Positions 39,941-54,849 are shown, counted from the first letter of the stretch. The stretch: 64,000 nucleotides of DNA from Octopus sinensis (GCF_006345805.1 NC_043019.1:9609360-9673359); one strand, 5' to 3'. Notes: generated by a model not told the origin, from the letters alone. Numbers and translations are program-made.

Positions 39941-40165
39941 AGAACCCCCTGTACGGATAAGTACTGTACTGTATGTAGATTTAGCCCACAAACAAACTGT
40001 AAAGCCAGAAATGTAGTCTATAGTATAAGATGTATAGAGGGACGATGCAGTAACAAGACAATGACATACATAGGGGAAACGGCAAGAAGCATAGGAGAGC
40101 GGGTAAATGAACATTGGAGAGAACTCAAGGAAGGTAAAAGCTCATCGATTCTGAACAGGAACATG
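39941..40165 (+). pseudogene. Second Penelope-type GIY-YIG fragment (Cys-containing type)
   Basis: CTDKYCTVC...NCKARNVVYSIRCIEGRC..TYIGETARSIGERVNEH. It begins right after (TATC)n and is truncated. Confidence 0.8.
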
Positions 40166-43100
40166 GGGGATCAATATTACTAAATAATGATGATTATGTC
40201 AGTATATATAAATGTGTACATGAGTAAATATATATGAACTTGAATATATATCATCATTACCATTATCATCTTTTTTTCATACTTGCATGGGATGTATGTG
40301 TTATAGTTTGAATCCACACACATTCAGAAGTGACATTTAAGTTTCAACTCCCATGTTAATTTTATTAAACTCCCACCATCGCTTGTACACTCAGGTCATC
40401 CACATACAAAGAGCACAACAATAATAAGAGGAAAGAACATGGCCACTGACTTGGTAGTAGTCCTTTATTTTAACTGTTACATATGTTTCAGTATTCAGCA
40501 ATGCATGGCATCACACTTTAAATGTAACCAGCAGATGCACCCTACAGGACCAGCATGGTGAGCAAACACATCATCAAGCAGTTAAAGAGAAGATACAAGT
40601 ATGAAACTAGCAGCAACAAAATTTAAATACATTGTGGGTGGATGGGTTACATACACACACACACACACACTCACACACACACACACAGCAGAGATTGCAC
40701 CCCATTATCTTGCCAGCATGCAATCTTTCTGCTTACCCTTGCCCTTTCATAGTTCAAGTATAAGTAACTTAAGCCCCCATTCTACGCCCAGTGACTAACC
40801 CCCTACCCTTACAAACACCAGTCCATTCTATGGTTATGTTAGTCAGTTTCTCAATGTACCTCTTCTGTCTCCCCCCCCCCCTTCTGGCTGGTATCCCCTG
40901 TGGGTTTAAATTTCATTGCTGTTGTTGGCACATTTTACTTCCCCACTTTCTTTGCACCACCTGTTTCTCTTCCCCATTATCTTCCCTTCCCCACCCATGC
41001 TTTTTCATGGATCACTGCTTTTCTCTACTTTCAGTTATGTACCTTAAATCTCCTTCCCTTCCACTCCTTCTCTTCGCACTTCAGCTCCCACTACCTTCTG
41101 AGCCATCCTTCCTCAGCTATTTCCATTTCTCACATTACCCTATCTTCATAGATATTTCCCACCAAACATACTGCTTCTACCCCATCTCTAATCATGTTAC
41201 TCTCCTCTCACCCACTTATAAAAGTACCCTCTCTCTCTTCCCCTCCTCTGACCCACTGTCTGTGTTCTCTTTTAGTTCACTTTCCTGTACCTTGAGAGTT
41301 TGCTCTGACACTACACCACTTTCATCTTTATCCCCTCCCAACTCCTCCCACACACATATTCCCTCTGTAACAAGACACCTAGACTTGTCTCTCTATCATA
41401 ATTTAACTTCAGCATAAAGCCATCTCTTTCACTTAGTAGTAGGAGATTTTTTTCCATAGTTACTCGGCAACTTTGCTAGTGCCAGTGACACAAGAAAAAG
41501 AGGTACCCAGTGCACACTGTAATGTGGATGACATTGGAAGGGTATTCAACCAAGAAACCATGCCAAATCTAACACTGGAGCTTGGCATTGCTCTGTGACT
41601 CACTGAAACCAGTCCAACTGTCCAATTCATCCAAGCATGGAAAATGGACATTAAATGATGATGACGACGACGATGACGACAATGACGATGATGATGATGA
41701 TGATTTTGTATGTATGTGTGTGTGTGTATGTGTGTGTGTGTGTAGTATCCTCTGTCTTGAAATGTCGTGATACCACCATGATATTGTGACGGATGGTTTA
41801 GATACACTCTAACAGTAAACAAGATAACACAGCTGTAATAACAACGATCTAACAATCTCTTCACAAACCAACAATCAATATTCCAAATGAACAAACCAAC
41901 CAACACCTTCCAACCTCACTGTGAACTCAACTCGAACTAACACACAAACTTCACTCCAATCACTACTATTTGTAATCGCTTGGTCCAGTCTATTTCTTGC
42001 AAGGGGGTATCAAGACTCTCACCACAACGGTGTGTATGTGTGTGTGTGTGTACATATGTATGCAATTTAAACTTGTCTGTTGGAAAATTGGTGACCAGAT
42101 AAAGCAAAATATTGTTTAATACACTTGCTTCTACTATTAGAAATATTATAAAATTTATTGTAAGTTACTTCATAGGTAGAAGAATACTGTTGTTCTTAGC
42201 TAGCCCCTATATTATGCATAAAAAGAATGGGATTGATTGTGAGTGATATCTATCCCACCTATACTTATAGTATTTGATTCATTGTTCTCTCATATTTTTG
42301 CATAAATGTATACATTTTCAAAGCTACAGAGTTAACACAACCTTCCTATCAAGAGTTCCCTAAAATAATTCCAAGATAGGCAATGGGAGCCATATTCACA
42401 GCAAAATAGAAACCAAAGCAGATATCACACATCTAGAAACCTAGTGATAAATTAAGAAAAATTACTGACTATTGTAAGTCACATAGAGTTAACACGAAAA
42501 TTCTTCTTGACTCTGTGATGATGTTCCATTGATAAATGACATTATTGCCATGGTTCTCTACCAACTACCATTTACACCCACAATTTTGAGTGAAGAGCTC
42601 TAGAAATATGGATAGATCTCTATAAACACAGAAGGTAACATTGTACACATTGAACTGTGACTATGCCAGGGTACTTTATTTGAGGGTTTTACTCACTCAT
42701 TTTGCACAAATACTTTGTTTAGTACTTATTGATTAAGGGAAAAAGAGGGAAGTCAACCTGGACATAAATTAACAAAATCAAGATATTTTTGCTCAACCCT
42801 TTTTATGTCATCCTCCATCAGTATATGCCTGTGGTCATGTCATCATCCTCATTGTTCTCAAAGTTTATTGAGGCAGATTTTCTGTGACTGGATGCCCTTC
42901 CTGTTGCCCACCCTTCCCTACTGCCAAGCAAAGTAATATTTCCCCATGGCAAGACATGCTTTCACTGAACATTGAAAATGAATGACAATGTTTGTATGAC
43001 AGCGACACTTATTTACAACTATCACACAATAAAAAGTGGTTGGTATTAGGAATAGCATCCAGCCATAAAAACCATACTACAGCAGACATTGGGTTCCAAT

Positions 43101-43277
43101 GCAACCCTCTAACTCATTGGATCCTATTGAACTGACCAACTCATGCTAGCATGGAAAATGGTGATTACATGATGACGATGTGTGTGTGTGTGTGTGCATG
43201 TAGGCATATATGTGCATGTTTGTGTATGTATATAACATGAATATATATAAACATATCTCTCTATGTATGTTTGTGTG

Positions 43278-43320
<43 letters not shown>

Positions 43321-43395
43321 ATATATATCATCATCGTTTAACGTCCGTTTTCCATGCTAGCATGGGTTGGACGATTTTGACTGAGGGCTGGCGAA

Positions 43396-43434
<39 letters not shown>

Positions 43435-43757
43435 CACATACATATATATATATTTATTTATTTTTCATTCCCTTCGAAATTGCTCTTAAATGTGGTTTTG
43501 GTCGTTTTGACTGCTTCTTCTAGTGTGTAGAATTACCTGTTAAAGGTAATTTCTCTTGTGTTTAAAAGTACACTATTTTATATTGAGAATATGTTGTCTA
43601 TTGACTTTTTATACATGCTAGGCCACTGGTAGTGAAATTTCTATAAATATTCGCTACCCTATATATTTTATATATATATATATATGCACACACATACACA
43701 TAGATATATGTATATATATATATATAGATATATGCATGTATTTATATATAGATATAC

Positions 43758-43812
<55 letters not shown>

Positions 43813-44315
43813 CCACCATATATTTCATCATCCCTTTCTATGTTACCAGTTATCCCTTCTTTTTGACACCTACCCCGTATTGTTAACATTATCATCCCAC
43901 ACTTCTCATATTTTCCTTGGAGCACCGTTTCTGTGCTCTCCTCAGCTACGTTCTAGTAACACACATTCCTCATTCTTAGCACCATCACATATCTACTCCA
44001 ATCACCCAACCTTTTTGCCCACTCATTACATTCACCCCTACATTGACTGAAACAAGTAAAAGAATAAAAGAATATATAAATTGTAGTCCAGCTCCGTCTT
44101 ATCGACATGTAGATGATCACTTGTCAACTTCTTTCAAACCTGCAGGCTTCACTTATTTCTCCTGGCTCTGATAGTTGTCCCCCTTCCTAACACTTGTTAC
44201 TCTCTGTTACTTCCCCTTTCTCCTTCTTTATTATTATTTAAGTTTCCATGTTTTTCCTCACCCCCCCCCCCCCATTACTCATTACATGTTTTTCCTGCAA
44301 AGCCATTCCGCATTT

Positions 44316-44351
44316 CATCTCCGATGAAGGATTCTACTCCAAACATTAGAT
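44316..44351 (+). ncRNA. Degenerate hammerhead relic in a probable PLE 3' end
   Basis: ATCT-CCGATGA-A-GGA(TTCTAC)TCC-AAAC-ATT-AGAT. Stem I is ATCT/AGAT and stem II is GGA/TCC. G12 is missing, so it is probably inactive. Confidence 0.4.
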
Positions 44352-44989
44352 CTCTCTTCTTTCTCATTGTGATTTTTTTGTCTTTCTCTGTTTGGATTAT
44401 TTGTATTAATATTTTCCAATGCAGAACATCGCTTTGTTACTTTACATTCTGCTGTTTTACATTTTACTACGACTTTCACTGACATACTTTGTCCCCACTT
44501 CTCTCTCTCTCTCTCTCTCACTCAACAATGTATAGGTAATGGCCTGTGATTTCTCCAGTACCAAAATCTTCCCTGGAGGATTCTATCCAATCCTCCCACA
44601 CCAGCATTTGCTACATTTATCTAGATCTTCGTTCCTTCCTACTTGTTTTTCCCAATAGACATCTGTTCCAGCCGATTCTCAACTACATCAACCTCTCCTT
44701 GTTTACAAGTGCTGTTGATACTCACTCTCACTCTAAAAGTAAATAATAAACACACAAGCACTCACAAATTATCAATGGTGATTATTAGACATTTAGAAAA
44801 TAGATTGTCGTTGCATTTGTTATCACTACCAATATGCTTCTAGTTTTCCATATTCTACATCACCATCTTCATCACAACCACCACCATTCTCTTCTGCATC
44901 ATCATCATTACCGTTATTGTTGCCCATCGTCATCTCTACCAGTGCCATCATCACTGTCATTATGATCTTCCTAACCAGGATTTCCATTA

Positions 44990-45720
44990 CAACTGAGAAA
45001 TAGGATCACGCTTGGTCGTATCGCGTAGGAAATACGATTGCACGCGGTTCTACTCTTAACGAATTATTCAAAAGCCATAAAATACATATAACGACGATAG
45101 GACATAAGTGAATTGACGCAAGTCTTCTGTTGGTAGATAAATATTATTTATTTTACATATTTTATAATCATGTGGATTTTTAGAGTTCGTAAGCGTAAGC
45201 CCGTTTTGTGTCGGTGTGTTCGTGAGGCGTGAAGCAAACCCCAAAGGTACTGAACATAGAATTAACAATGGCATTCAGTTTACCGTTCATAGGGCAAGAT
45301 GCTGGAATCTACTCGAGGGCTTTCAGTAGTTGTATAGATTAGCGTAGCAAGAGGTAGTAGCAGAGACAATCGCATATCTGTAAGTTGAGCAGCAGGGGTC
45401 TAAGTTAGCTCTTAGAAGAACTGGAAACCGAGATAAAAGTGTCTGTGAAATCCTGCTTTATATACTGTTTGGTTGGCTCACCGAACCCCAGAAAATGGAA
45501 TTTTAACCGAAAGTCTTGATTGGCTGATTCGCAATTATGGCGCGAAATAAGTCGAGACAATTCGCGTCACGTGTCAATCAGTGGCGCGGACCTCGTAGGG
45601 ACCCTCGTGTCACATGTCACCCAGTGACGCGAAACACGTAGAGACCACTCGTGTCCTGTCAGCCAATCAAGTTAGTGTTTAGAACCAGAACAGGTTGACC
45701 AAAGATGGTTGTAACCTCAA
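44990..45720. other. CpG-rich insertion or island with promoter-like motifs
   Basis: About 40 CpG in ~720 bp by hand count. Inverted CCAAT 13-mers, a CACGTG E-box and a minus-strand TATA-like tatataaag. No TSD found. Confidence 0.45.
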
Positions 45721-46899
45721 ACGAGATCATTCCTGCCTCGCCTTTCACAGTGAAGATATTAGCCATCGCTATAGCCATTTTTCACCATTTCTGAAACTGC
45801 CACGCTACACAACCATCATCATCTTCACCACACCTATTGCCATCATTTTCAGCCCAACACATTTTTTTTCTGCCTCATATTGTTTTATCTATATTGGTTT
45901 CCAACCAGCCACTTCAGAACATGTTCACTTTATTATTAATAGCTATACTCACTTCAGAATACCTATTCTATTCTATTAGAATACCACTCTGCAATTTTAA
46001 CACCACTACATTCAAGCACAACAATCTGCTAAATGTAGCCAAATTTCCCTAATATCACACTTTGCTGTCTTAAAAAAGGGGAAGATGCATTCAACAGCTG
46101 AACTGCCTTTGAACATATTTCAGCTCAATCAAGGTTGACTTATGGCTACGCAATACCATTGTGACTATTCACCATCCTACCAGTTCGCTACAACCATCAT
46201 TCACCACCATCACTTAACAATAAACAAACAAACAAATGAGCTTTGAGCTGGTGTGGAGCTTCATCAACAGAGTCTTTATGTAGTCACTCAACTTGTAAGA
46301 AATAGCAACTAAATTTACATGACACCTTACTAGTTTCAAGTTGACAATACACTACTATGTACCTGTTTATGATGATACGCTAACAGTTGTTCACCAAGTG
46401 TTGTCCTGAAACTATCACACCACAGTCTCCTAAGTCCATGACCATTACACTCAGTTGATGGTTGCTGACATATCTGCCAGCATGCATTTGTAGTCTGCCA
46501 ACATGCATCAGTAGTCTTATTAAATGATGATGATGATCATCATCATCATCCATTTTCCATGCTGGCATGGGTTGAACAGTTCGACTGAGATCTGGTAAGC
46601 CATGGAGGCTGCACCAGGTTCCAGTCTGATCTGGCAGTGTTTCTACAGCTGGATGCCCTTCCTAACACCAACCACTTCGAGAGTGTAGTGGGTGCTTTTT
46701 ATGTGCCATCGGCACAGGGGCCAGATGGGACTGGCAATGACCACGATTGGTTAGTGCTTTTTATGTGCCACCGGCACAGGGATCACAACTACAATTTCTA
46801 TTTGATTTTGGTTTTGATGTACTTGACTCAACAGGTCTTCTCAAGCACAGCATGTTGCCCTACGATCCAAGGTACTTTTGAGTGGGCTGGTTATGTGAC

Positions 46900-47860
46900 A
46901 CTGGTGTAGGTTACAGCTGTGAACTCACTTTATTTGTCAGGACTTCTCAGTCACAGCATATCTCCAGAGGTCTCGGTCTTTTGTCATTGCCTCTGTGAGG
47001 CCAAACATTCAAAGGTCATGCTTCACCACCTCACCCCATGTCTTCCTAGGTCTATCTCTACCCCAGATTCCTTCCACTGTTTAGGAGTGGAACTTCTTCA
47101 TACAGATCTCCTCATCCATCCGTAGTACATGACCATACCAATGTATGCCACATTGGATGCTTCTTATGTCCAACATTTCTCTCAGGGCATTAACACTCTG
47201 TCGTGCATGCACACTGACATTACACATCCAGTTGATCATGCTAGCTTCAGTTCTTTCGAGCCTACACATGTCTTCAGCAGTCACGGCCCATGTTTCACTG
47301 CCATGAAGCATGGCAGTTCACACGCATGCATCGTACTGTCTACCTTTCACTCTGAGCGAGAGGCCCTTTGTCGCCAGTAGGGGTAGGAGCTTTCTGAACT
47401 TTGCCCTGGCTATTCTTATTCTAGTGCTAACACTCTCTGAGCATCCACCCCACTACAGACTTGGTTACCTAGGTAGTGGAAGCTATCAACTATTTCTAGT
47501 TTCTTCCCCTGGCATGTGATGGGATCTGTTTTCTGAGCATCTGTGGTGTTTATTGTCCCTGTGCATCTGCCACACATGAAAGCTATCTTCTCGGTTAATC
47601 TTCCTTTGATGTTGCTGCACCTCTAATGTGTCCATAGCTTACACTCGGTATTTCTTATGGAGTTTCTACCTACACCTTTTCTACAGATCGAGCAGGACCA
47701 CCTACCTGAAGGGGTGTGTGATGTGTTGGTCTTTGCAACATTGACTCTAAGGCCTTTCGATTCTAAACCTTGCTTCCACACCTGGAATTTCTTCTATAGT
47801 TCTAGTTGTGATTCTGCTATGAGGGCCAGGTCATCAGCATAGAGGAGCTCCCAGAGGAGC
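46900..47860 (-). pseudogene. RTE-clade LINE 3' half (RT C-terminus to 3' UTR)
   Basis: ELLYADDLAL, GLRVNVAKT, IVDSFHYLGNQ and MLHGSETWAVTAEDMCRLERTEASMINWMCNV...WYGHVLRMDEE. Confidence 0.9.
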
Positions 47861-48399
47861 TCCTCTATGCTGATGACCTGGCCCCGTGACTACAAATCTA
47901 GCCCCACCTCCCCTTCCATTAGAATGGGCCACCAGTCACTTAACAGAAGTACTGCAGGACACATTAAAGCAATGAACCATCTCCTTACACGTCTCTTGAC
48001 CTCCAAAAAGCAGAAAGAGAGCCACACTGTGTCACCCTAGCTGATGCTGGACTAAAGCAAACACTACATCTAACAGCAGTACACTTGCCGTAATAACAAG
48101 GCTTGAGACGTCAGCTACACCACTAATGCTACACATCTAAACTAGTTCAGTTCACTGCTTTGCGTAAAGGTGTGTTCCTACCATGAAGCTCACATTTTGA
48201 TGGAGAGATACACAACCTGACTGATGTTGCTTTTTTCCAAAGACAATCTATTTTCTGTCATTCCTTCTCTACATTGGCATAATCAACAAGAATCAACACA
48301 CTTTTGACATCTGTTGCAAACAGGGTGTACAGAGCTCCCAAATAGCTGCAAAGGATTATGGATGTGGGCATGTCTACAAAGTCAGAAAACAGCATAGCT

Positions 48400-48520
48400 C
48401 CTATAACTTTTGGAAACATTTTATCACACTCAGAGTTGCTGAAGCATGGAACAATCCACCTGCATCAGTTGTTTGTTGCCAAGACATTGCTTCCTTTAAA
48501 ACCTCCATGCTTCCTGGAAT
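48400..48520 (+). pseudogene. CR1/L2-type ORF2 extreme C-terminus
   Basis: TLRVAEAWNNPPASVVCCQDIASFK (cf. RVVNAWNSLP..VV....FK). Confidence 0.6.
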
Positions 48521-50203
48521 TCACCAACACTACACCTGATATCATCCACTCCATATGCATGCACACATGTATATCATGACTCTTACACTGTTCACTTCCT
48601 TCACTTTTGCACATAATTCTATGTACTGTACATGCACCTTTGATGAGTTGTAGTACACCTGAACACTATATACAATCATTTCATTATTTTATTTTCCTTT
48701 GAACTTTTCCAGTATTGTTGAGAGACCATTCAATGACACCTGTGTTGCAGTGCTCATTGGGGCTTGAATCAATAAAAGAACTCTACATGATTATAATCCC
48801 ATGAAAAAGAGCAGCTAAATCTCACTCAAATTGCACTCTACAGTACATAAATGTAGTTCTAGATATAATATATCTGAATAAAAGACAGGATGGTTATGAT
48901 GGTTATCACATGTTTGCTACACCAGGGCTAACCTGGACTAAGCAACAACAATTTTTACTATCATCAATCTCCATATTCACTCCATGTGAAAGAAGAATTG
49001 TTTTACCATTGTGAACTGGAAAGAACATGTCATCATGATACATCATTGTCTTGCGAAGGTGGTTGTAGTGTGATGTAGAAGTTAGGTCAAGAGGATGATT
49101 ATGTGTGTGTGTGTGTGTGCTCGTATGTGAGGACATGGGCACACTACTTTTCAGTTATTGTTTCATAGCTTTTCCTCCACTTTCATTTACCCTCCACTTC
49201 TGCCTGTATTATATACATATATGATCTATTCTATTTCTCTTCAATGCTATATTATTTTCAGTGTCTGTCTCCCTGTATGCATATATGTATACATGCATGC
49301 AATTCACATGCTGCTGTCTCCGAAAATCCTCCTCACATCACAACTTACTCTAGCAGAAAAGAATCAAGCATTGCAGAATATAGTTCTAAATATACATTAT
49401 GTCTGAAAAAATAAAACAGGATGATCATAGCTGCAACACCTTTCATCAAATGTCTACTCATTCATTACTGACTTAGGCTTAATAACAGTATTAGCCCACT
49501 TGAGCTAATCTAAGATATTTTATTATCTGTATGACATTACTGAATACTTTGCAATGTGCTTCTACATTCTGAGTTCAGATCCTTTCACATTCTCTCTGCC
49601 CTTTTGCCTTCTCACAATTTAATAAAATATTTGCCAAGAGTCTATGATATTCTCTGATATCCTCCTCCTGCTTCCAGCATGGTAACACTTCATTTCATTC
49701 TGTGTTAAATTTTCAACAAGGCTAAATTGGCCTTTCATTTTTTTGGTGTCACTAAAATAAGTCCTTGTCAATTACTTGCATAATTGTTGCCTTCTCTAAA
49801 CTTTGTGGCCTGGTATTATTAAGATTGATGTATGGCAGAATTAGTAACTTTGCAGTATTTAGTTACATTTCTTAATTTTTTGAGTTCAAATCTTATCAAG
49901 GTTGATCTTACATTCCATTCTACACATACATCAGCATTCTTGTCTCCCCAACACACACTTATATATAGCATATACACATAACACAAATATACATCATATT
50001 GATCTCTTATTATCAACGCAATTAATTTTTACTGTAAAAATTTCTTACAGATGAATAAATGGAACGTCACTGTTTTACTTGTGGATATAGTAGTAGTGGT
50101 AGTAGTAAGGGGAGAAGTAAGTCAATCTCATATATAGGCTGTGTGTTTGTAGAGATATATGTGCATTTAATTTTTTGCATCTTGGGAGGGTCAGTATGCT
50201 AAT

Positions 50204-50240
<37 letters not shown>

Positions 50241-50265
50241 CATGTATGTATGTATATATATATAA

Positions 50266-50299
<34 letters not shown>

Positions 50300-51295
50300 C
50301 TAAATGCACATACCACACCACACTTATACACAAATACACACAGATAAAAATATACATTCATGCATGGGCATTGTATGTATGCACTTAGGTGTATGAGGGC
50401 ATATATATATACACTATGTATATATATGTATATATATTCATTTCATCAGTGCTGTGAGAAAGCTTTCACACAAACATACACACATGCACACTTAACAAAC
50501 ATAAATTGTGCCTGTCCTATTTCCAGCAAGGGTCTTTCATTTAACATATTTTTGTTTTGTGGAAGTGGTCTGTAGGGGTATACAAACAGTTATGAGGAGA
50601 GCATGTCATGTTGTTTTGTATTCTTTGTAATTTATTGTAATTTGTTGTGGAGAGATTGCATATCTAAGTAGAACTAACATGCATAGTCCAAGATGCGTCT
50701 AATATACACCATTTATATATCACCAGCATCATCATTTAACATTTGTTTTCTATGCTGGCTTGGGTTGGACTGTTTGACTCCCTCCAATGAGCTGCAGGAC
50801 TGCATTGAGCTCCAGTTGTCTGTTTTGGCATGATTCCTGCAGCTGGATGCCCTTTCTAATGCCAACAACATTACGGTGTGTACTGAGTATTTTTTGTGTG
50901 TCACCAGCACTAGTGAGGTCACCACATAACTTTCAGGGCTGGAAAAGAAACAAGAAAATGAAAAATCCCACTTTGAATTAGTGGGTGAGTGAGGGGAGAA
51001 GTAGGTGTATGCCAGGTGTTAGGTGGCTAAAGTATGGCATAGGGACAAGCACAGGTGTTCTGCAATAGAGAAGATATGTGGCTCCCATGCATTATACCAG
51101 GGTGGATGTAGCTGAGAAGAGGGTAAGCAAACAAGAAAAACCATCGATGATCAAGAGAAGATGTGGAGAGTGGATCAGGAGTGGGTTGAGATGTTATAAA
51201 AGTGTGAAGAGAGACTAAGAGAAGGTTAGGGCTGGGGATAGAAGTGAATGTAGTAAGTGATGGGCAGGAGTGGAGGAGTACTCGTGTCTGTGTTT

Positions 51296-51330
<35 letters not shown>

Positions 51331-52479
51331 TTCATATTTCCCTCATCTTCACATGTGTTTGCTCACTGGTTGTAAACAATGGCTTTGCTGACAGTGTCAT
51401 TTACTTGTAATCCACCACAAGAGCATGTTTAGGCTTCTTGTCATGTCCTGGCATGTTGCACAATCCATGTAAACAAAAGAATCGTTTATACAGTTTCATT
51501 TGTTTCCAGTTCTTTGCATAAAAGGTGTCCAGTTTATTTGTTTCTTGTTAGACTGAGAGAGATTATTATTTTGCTTGGAAACAAGGGAGGATTGGTGACA
51601 AGAAGGGCGTGCAGCTAGACATAACTCTGCTCCAACACATTCTCATCTGCCCCATGCAAGCAAACTTGGAAAATTAGACGCTAAAAAGTTGATGATGATG
51701 ATATATATATATAGACACACACAAACACAGATATACTTTCTCACACACATTATTTCTGTCATATATTTGATATCCTTTTGATTTTGCATGTCTGTTTTCC
51801 TGTCCTTTTCTTCCTTTGCCAATTACTGTGTATTTTTGTTATCCCCCACATCACCATCATCATCATCATAACTTACACCATCATTGTCATCATCGCCAAC
51901 ATCATCATTTTAAAACCATCATCATTTTTAATCTATTTTATCTATATATTTAGTAATTTATTTATTGCTAAACTTGAGTGATTCTTTTCTGAAAGATTTC
52001 TGCTAAGCTTCCATTAATTCAATCTAATTCTCCCTTTATTCTTCTTTCAGTAATTTATGTATGGAGTGTGTGTGGGTGTAAAGGTGGTTGTTGTTGTTTG
52101 TGGTGATTATTGTTATTGGTGGTGGTGATGGCAGTGGTGGTGGTGTTTTTTTATTTAGCTGTTTTCTTTCCTTGTTGCTGTTCAACTTGTCGTTATTACT
52201 GGCTGCTGTTTCATTGTTGTTGTGGTGGTGGTAGTGGTGGTGGTGGTGGTGGTTGTGGTGGTGGTGGTACTGCTGCTGCTGCTGCTGGCAGTGCTGTTGT
52301 TGCTTCTGTTGCTATCATTGCTTACTTTATTTTATTGCTGGTGTTCATTTTGTCGTTGTTGTCTTTTTTCCCTCTGATGTCACCATCATCATGCAAATGG
52401 CATCACGCAGCAAGTAGGCAGGAACTATTCAATGCTGCATAATGACTGCAAACAAAGGGTGCATAACAATGTGCATTGA

Positions 52480-52740
52480 GAGGAGGAGGTATCTTTGGCA
52501 GATGAACACGGAACCTGAACTTAAAGGTGCACCAGATGCACTAGAGTAGCTAACTGCAAGAACAGTGAAGTAATGGGGAAATCATGGATTGATTGCTTGG
52601 ATGGCTCAGAAGGAAGTAGGAGATAAGTTCTGTTGCCTAGGTGACATAATTGTTTATTGGAGGTGGAGCTATTATTAGCTGCGGTATGTGCTTAGGGTGT
52701 GAACAGTGTAGAAGAGGTTTAAAGAACTACCCGTTCTATT
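52480..52740 (+). pseudogene. RTE LINE RT fragment
   Basis: DKFCCLGDI (cf. DSFCYLGD) with downstream similarity to the 47400 copy. Confidence 0.5.
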
Positions 52741-54849
52741 GGCAATAAAAAGTTTATACACGCACGTGCACACACACACATGCATTTACACATATATAAA
52801 TATGGTGCCCCAGCATGGCCGTGGCCTTCGGGCTAAAACATTTTTAAGGATTTAAGGATTTACACACATAAAGAAGTTTTACTATATGATGTATTCCTGT
52901 GCCTGAAGAGTGATGTTATATAGCAATGAAACATGGGACAGCATATCTATGATCAAAACTTTCCAGCTTTGACTATTTGTTCATACACACACACAGGGCT
53001 GCATTGTCCAATGTATCCTCCACTTTTTAAGAGGTTAGTGGTAGCATGTGCTTGGCAGAGATTCACCTCCTATTTCTAGCAAACTGAGTTACTGTATAGG
53101 GACTCCTTTATTGTGTCAAACTATTCATAGAATATGCAAGATGTTTGATCCAGTATGGTAGTGAAACATTGACAGCAAATGCAGAAAACTTACGTGTGGT
53201 TGTGTATAAGATTTGTAAGAGTGTATGATAGTGGAGCAGGGAGAATGAATGAAGGAGAGACTTTATTTGCTGTGTTCAGTCTGTTATGTGAATCATACTG
53301 TTTTGTGTTCTCTGTAGTTCATGGCGCTTTACTATGGATAGATTGGGAGCATAAACAAGACGGGCATAATCTATACACTCACTTTGTGGGTGCCCTATGA
53401 GTGTTTGTACGTTGTATTTATTTTCCTACTTGAACAATAAATGTTGCAGAGAAATTGTCCTTCATTCCTGATACATTTATCTTGGGTGTGTTTCTGATAT
53501 GTTTATGCTGTTGTTGAGCTTGATATTTGGTCATGATATGATAGATGTTTGTTTTAGCTTATTTGTTTGATGTAGGTTTGAATAATTGTGTGGATGTATC
53601 TGAGAAATGAATACTTTTATAGCTGAGTGATAATTGTGTTGTAGTGAGTGATGTTGTAGTGTTGGTGTAGAGATGTTGCTAATGTTATTGTAGCTGTTGC
53701 TATTGAGGTGCTCATGATAGTTCTGTAATTGCTTGTAGAATTAAGGTTGAGATGATTTTATTATTGATATGGTCTGTTATGGTCACAGTACTGAAGATAT
53801 TATTGTGGCTGTTAGATAAGAGATAGTGGTATTATTGTTGCAGAATTGAAAGAGTATCAAATAAATTATGTAAGAGTATTTCATTTTCCTTCTCTAAATT
53901 TTCGCATTGTCTTTCACCTACACCATGCTATGGATTAATAAAATACTCCCTATTTACTATGGTAAATCTGCTGCCCCCTCAAATAAGGCCTTCTGCTTAT
54001 ATTAAAATATTAAAGTTATTTTTTAGTTTCATCTCGCAATATTCACACATAAATGTTAGCAATATCAATTTCTTCATTAACCACAAATACTGCTGACATA
54101 CAAACATCAGTTCTTAAAGCTAAGTAACAACAACATTCATATTCTCCATCTAAGTCCATTTTGCCTTCCTAGGCTGTGACCACCACTGCAAAATAATAGT
54201 CAGGGCAATGGAAAAAGCACAACATGTCCAGACTACTATACTACATTATATGCTTGTTCATTCATTTGATGCCTGTTTTTTTCAGGCTAGTATCGCTTAG
54301 GTGGTCAAGGTACTTATGGCAGTATTTCCATGTCCAGGTGCTCTACCTGTCACCAAACACTTGCCTGTTTTTCAAGGAATTCTTTATTTCAGGGAGAAGC
54401 ACAGTGCTAACAGACAATTTTTGGACAACAAGTGTCACAAATGGTGATGTCACTATCTAGTGGTAAGAAACTCAAGAGTTGGACAGCAGAAGATCTTCAG
54501 AGAAGAAAACTCGCTCAGACAAGTGTTTCATCCCTTAACTTCTTACACTTTAAAGGGGCCACATCCAGGTCATGACACCTGGGTACCCTTTTGCTGACAC
54601 TTATTAGCCACTTGAATATTGGACTTGTGCATTGAAACTACTTGGAGATCTCATCTAGTTGTAATTCTTCTCCGTTGACTGACTCAACTTTCAAAGTTAT
54701 ACTTAGAGAAAAAAATATTGGTTGTCATGGTAGCAATGCAGCATCAACACTATCCCAATGACTCACTCAGAGTTGCTTCAGTCGGCACCAAAATACAAAA
54801 ATATTCAAATGGTATGAGGTCGCTTTGTCCCTCCTTGACTGGATCCAGC

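Noticed and set aside
41785-42026. TGT...ACA bounded segment resembling a solo LTR
   Set aside because: The flanks (atat / acgg) give no TSD, and there is no PBS, PPT or second copy.
45325-45362. let-7-like words (gaggtagtag and gttgtatag)
   Set aside because: They occur in the wrong order, with no precursor hairpin and no full mature match.
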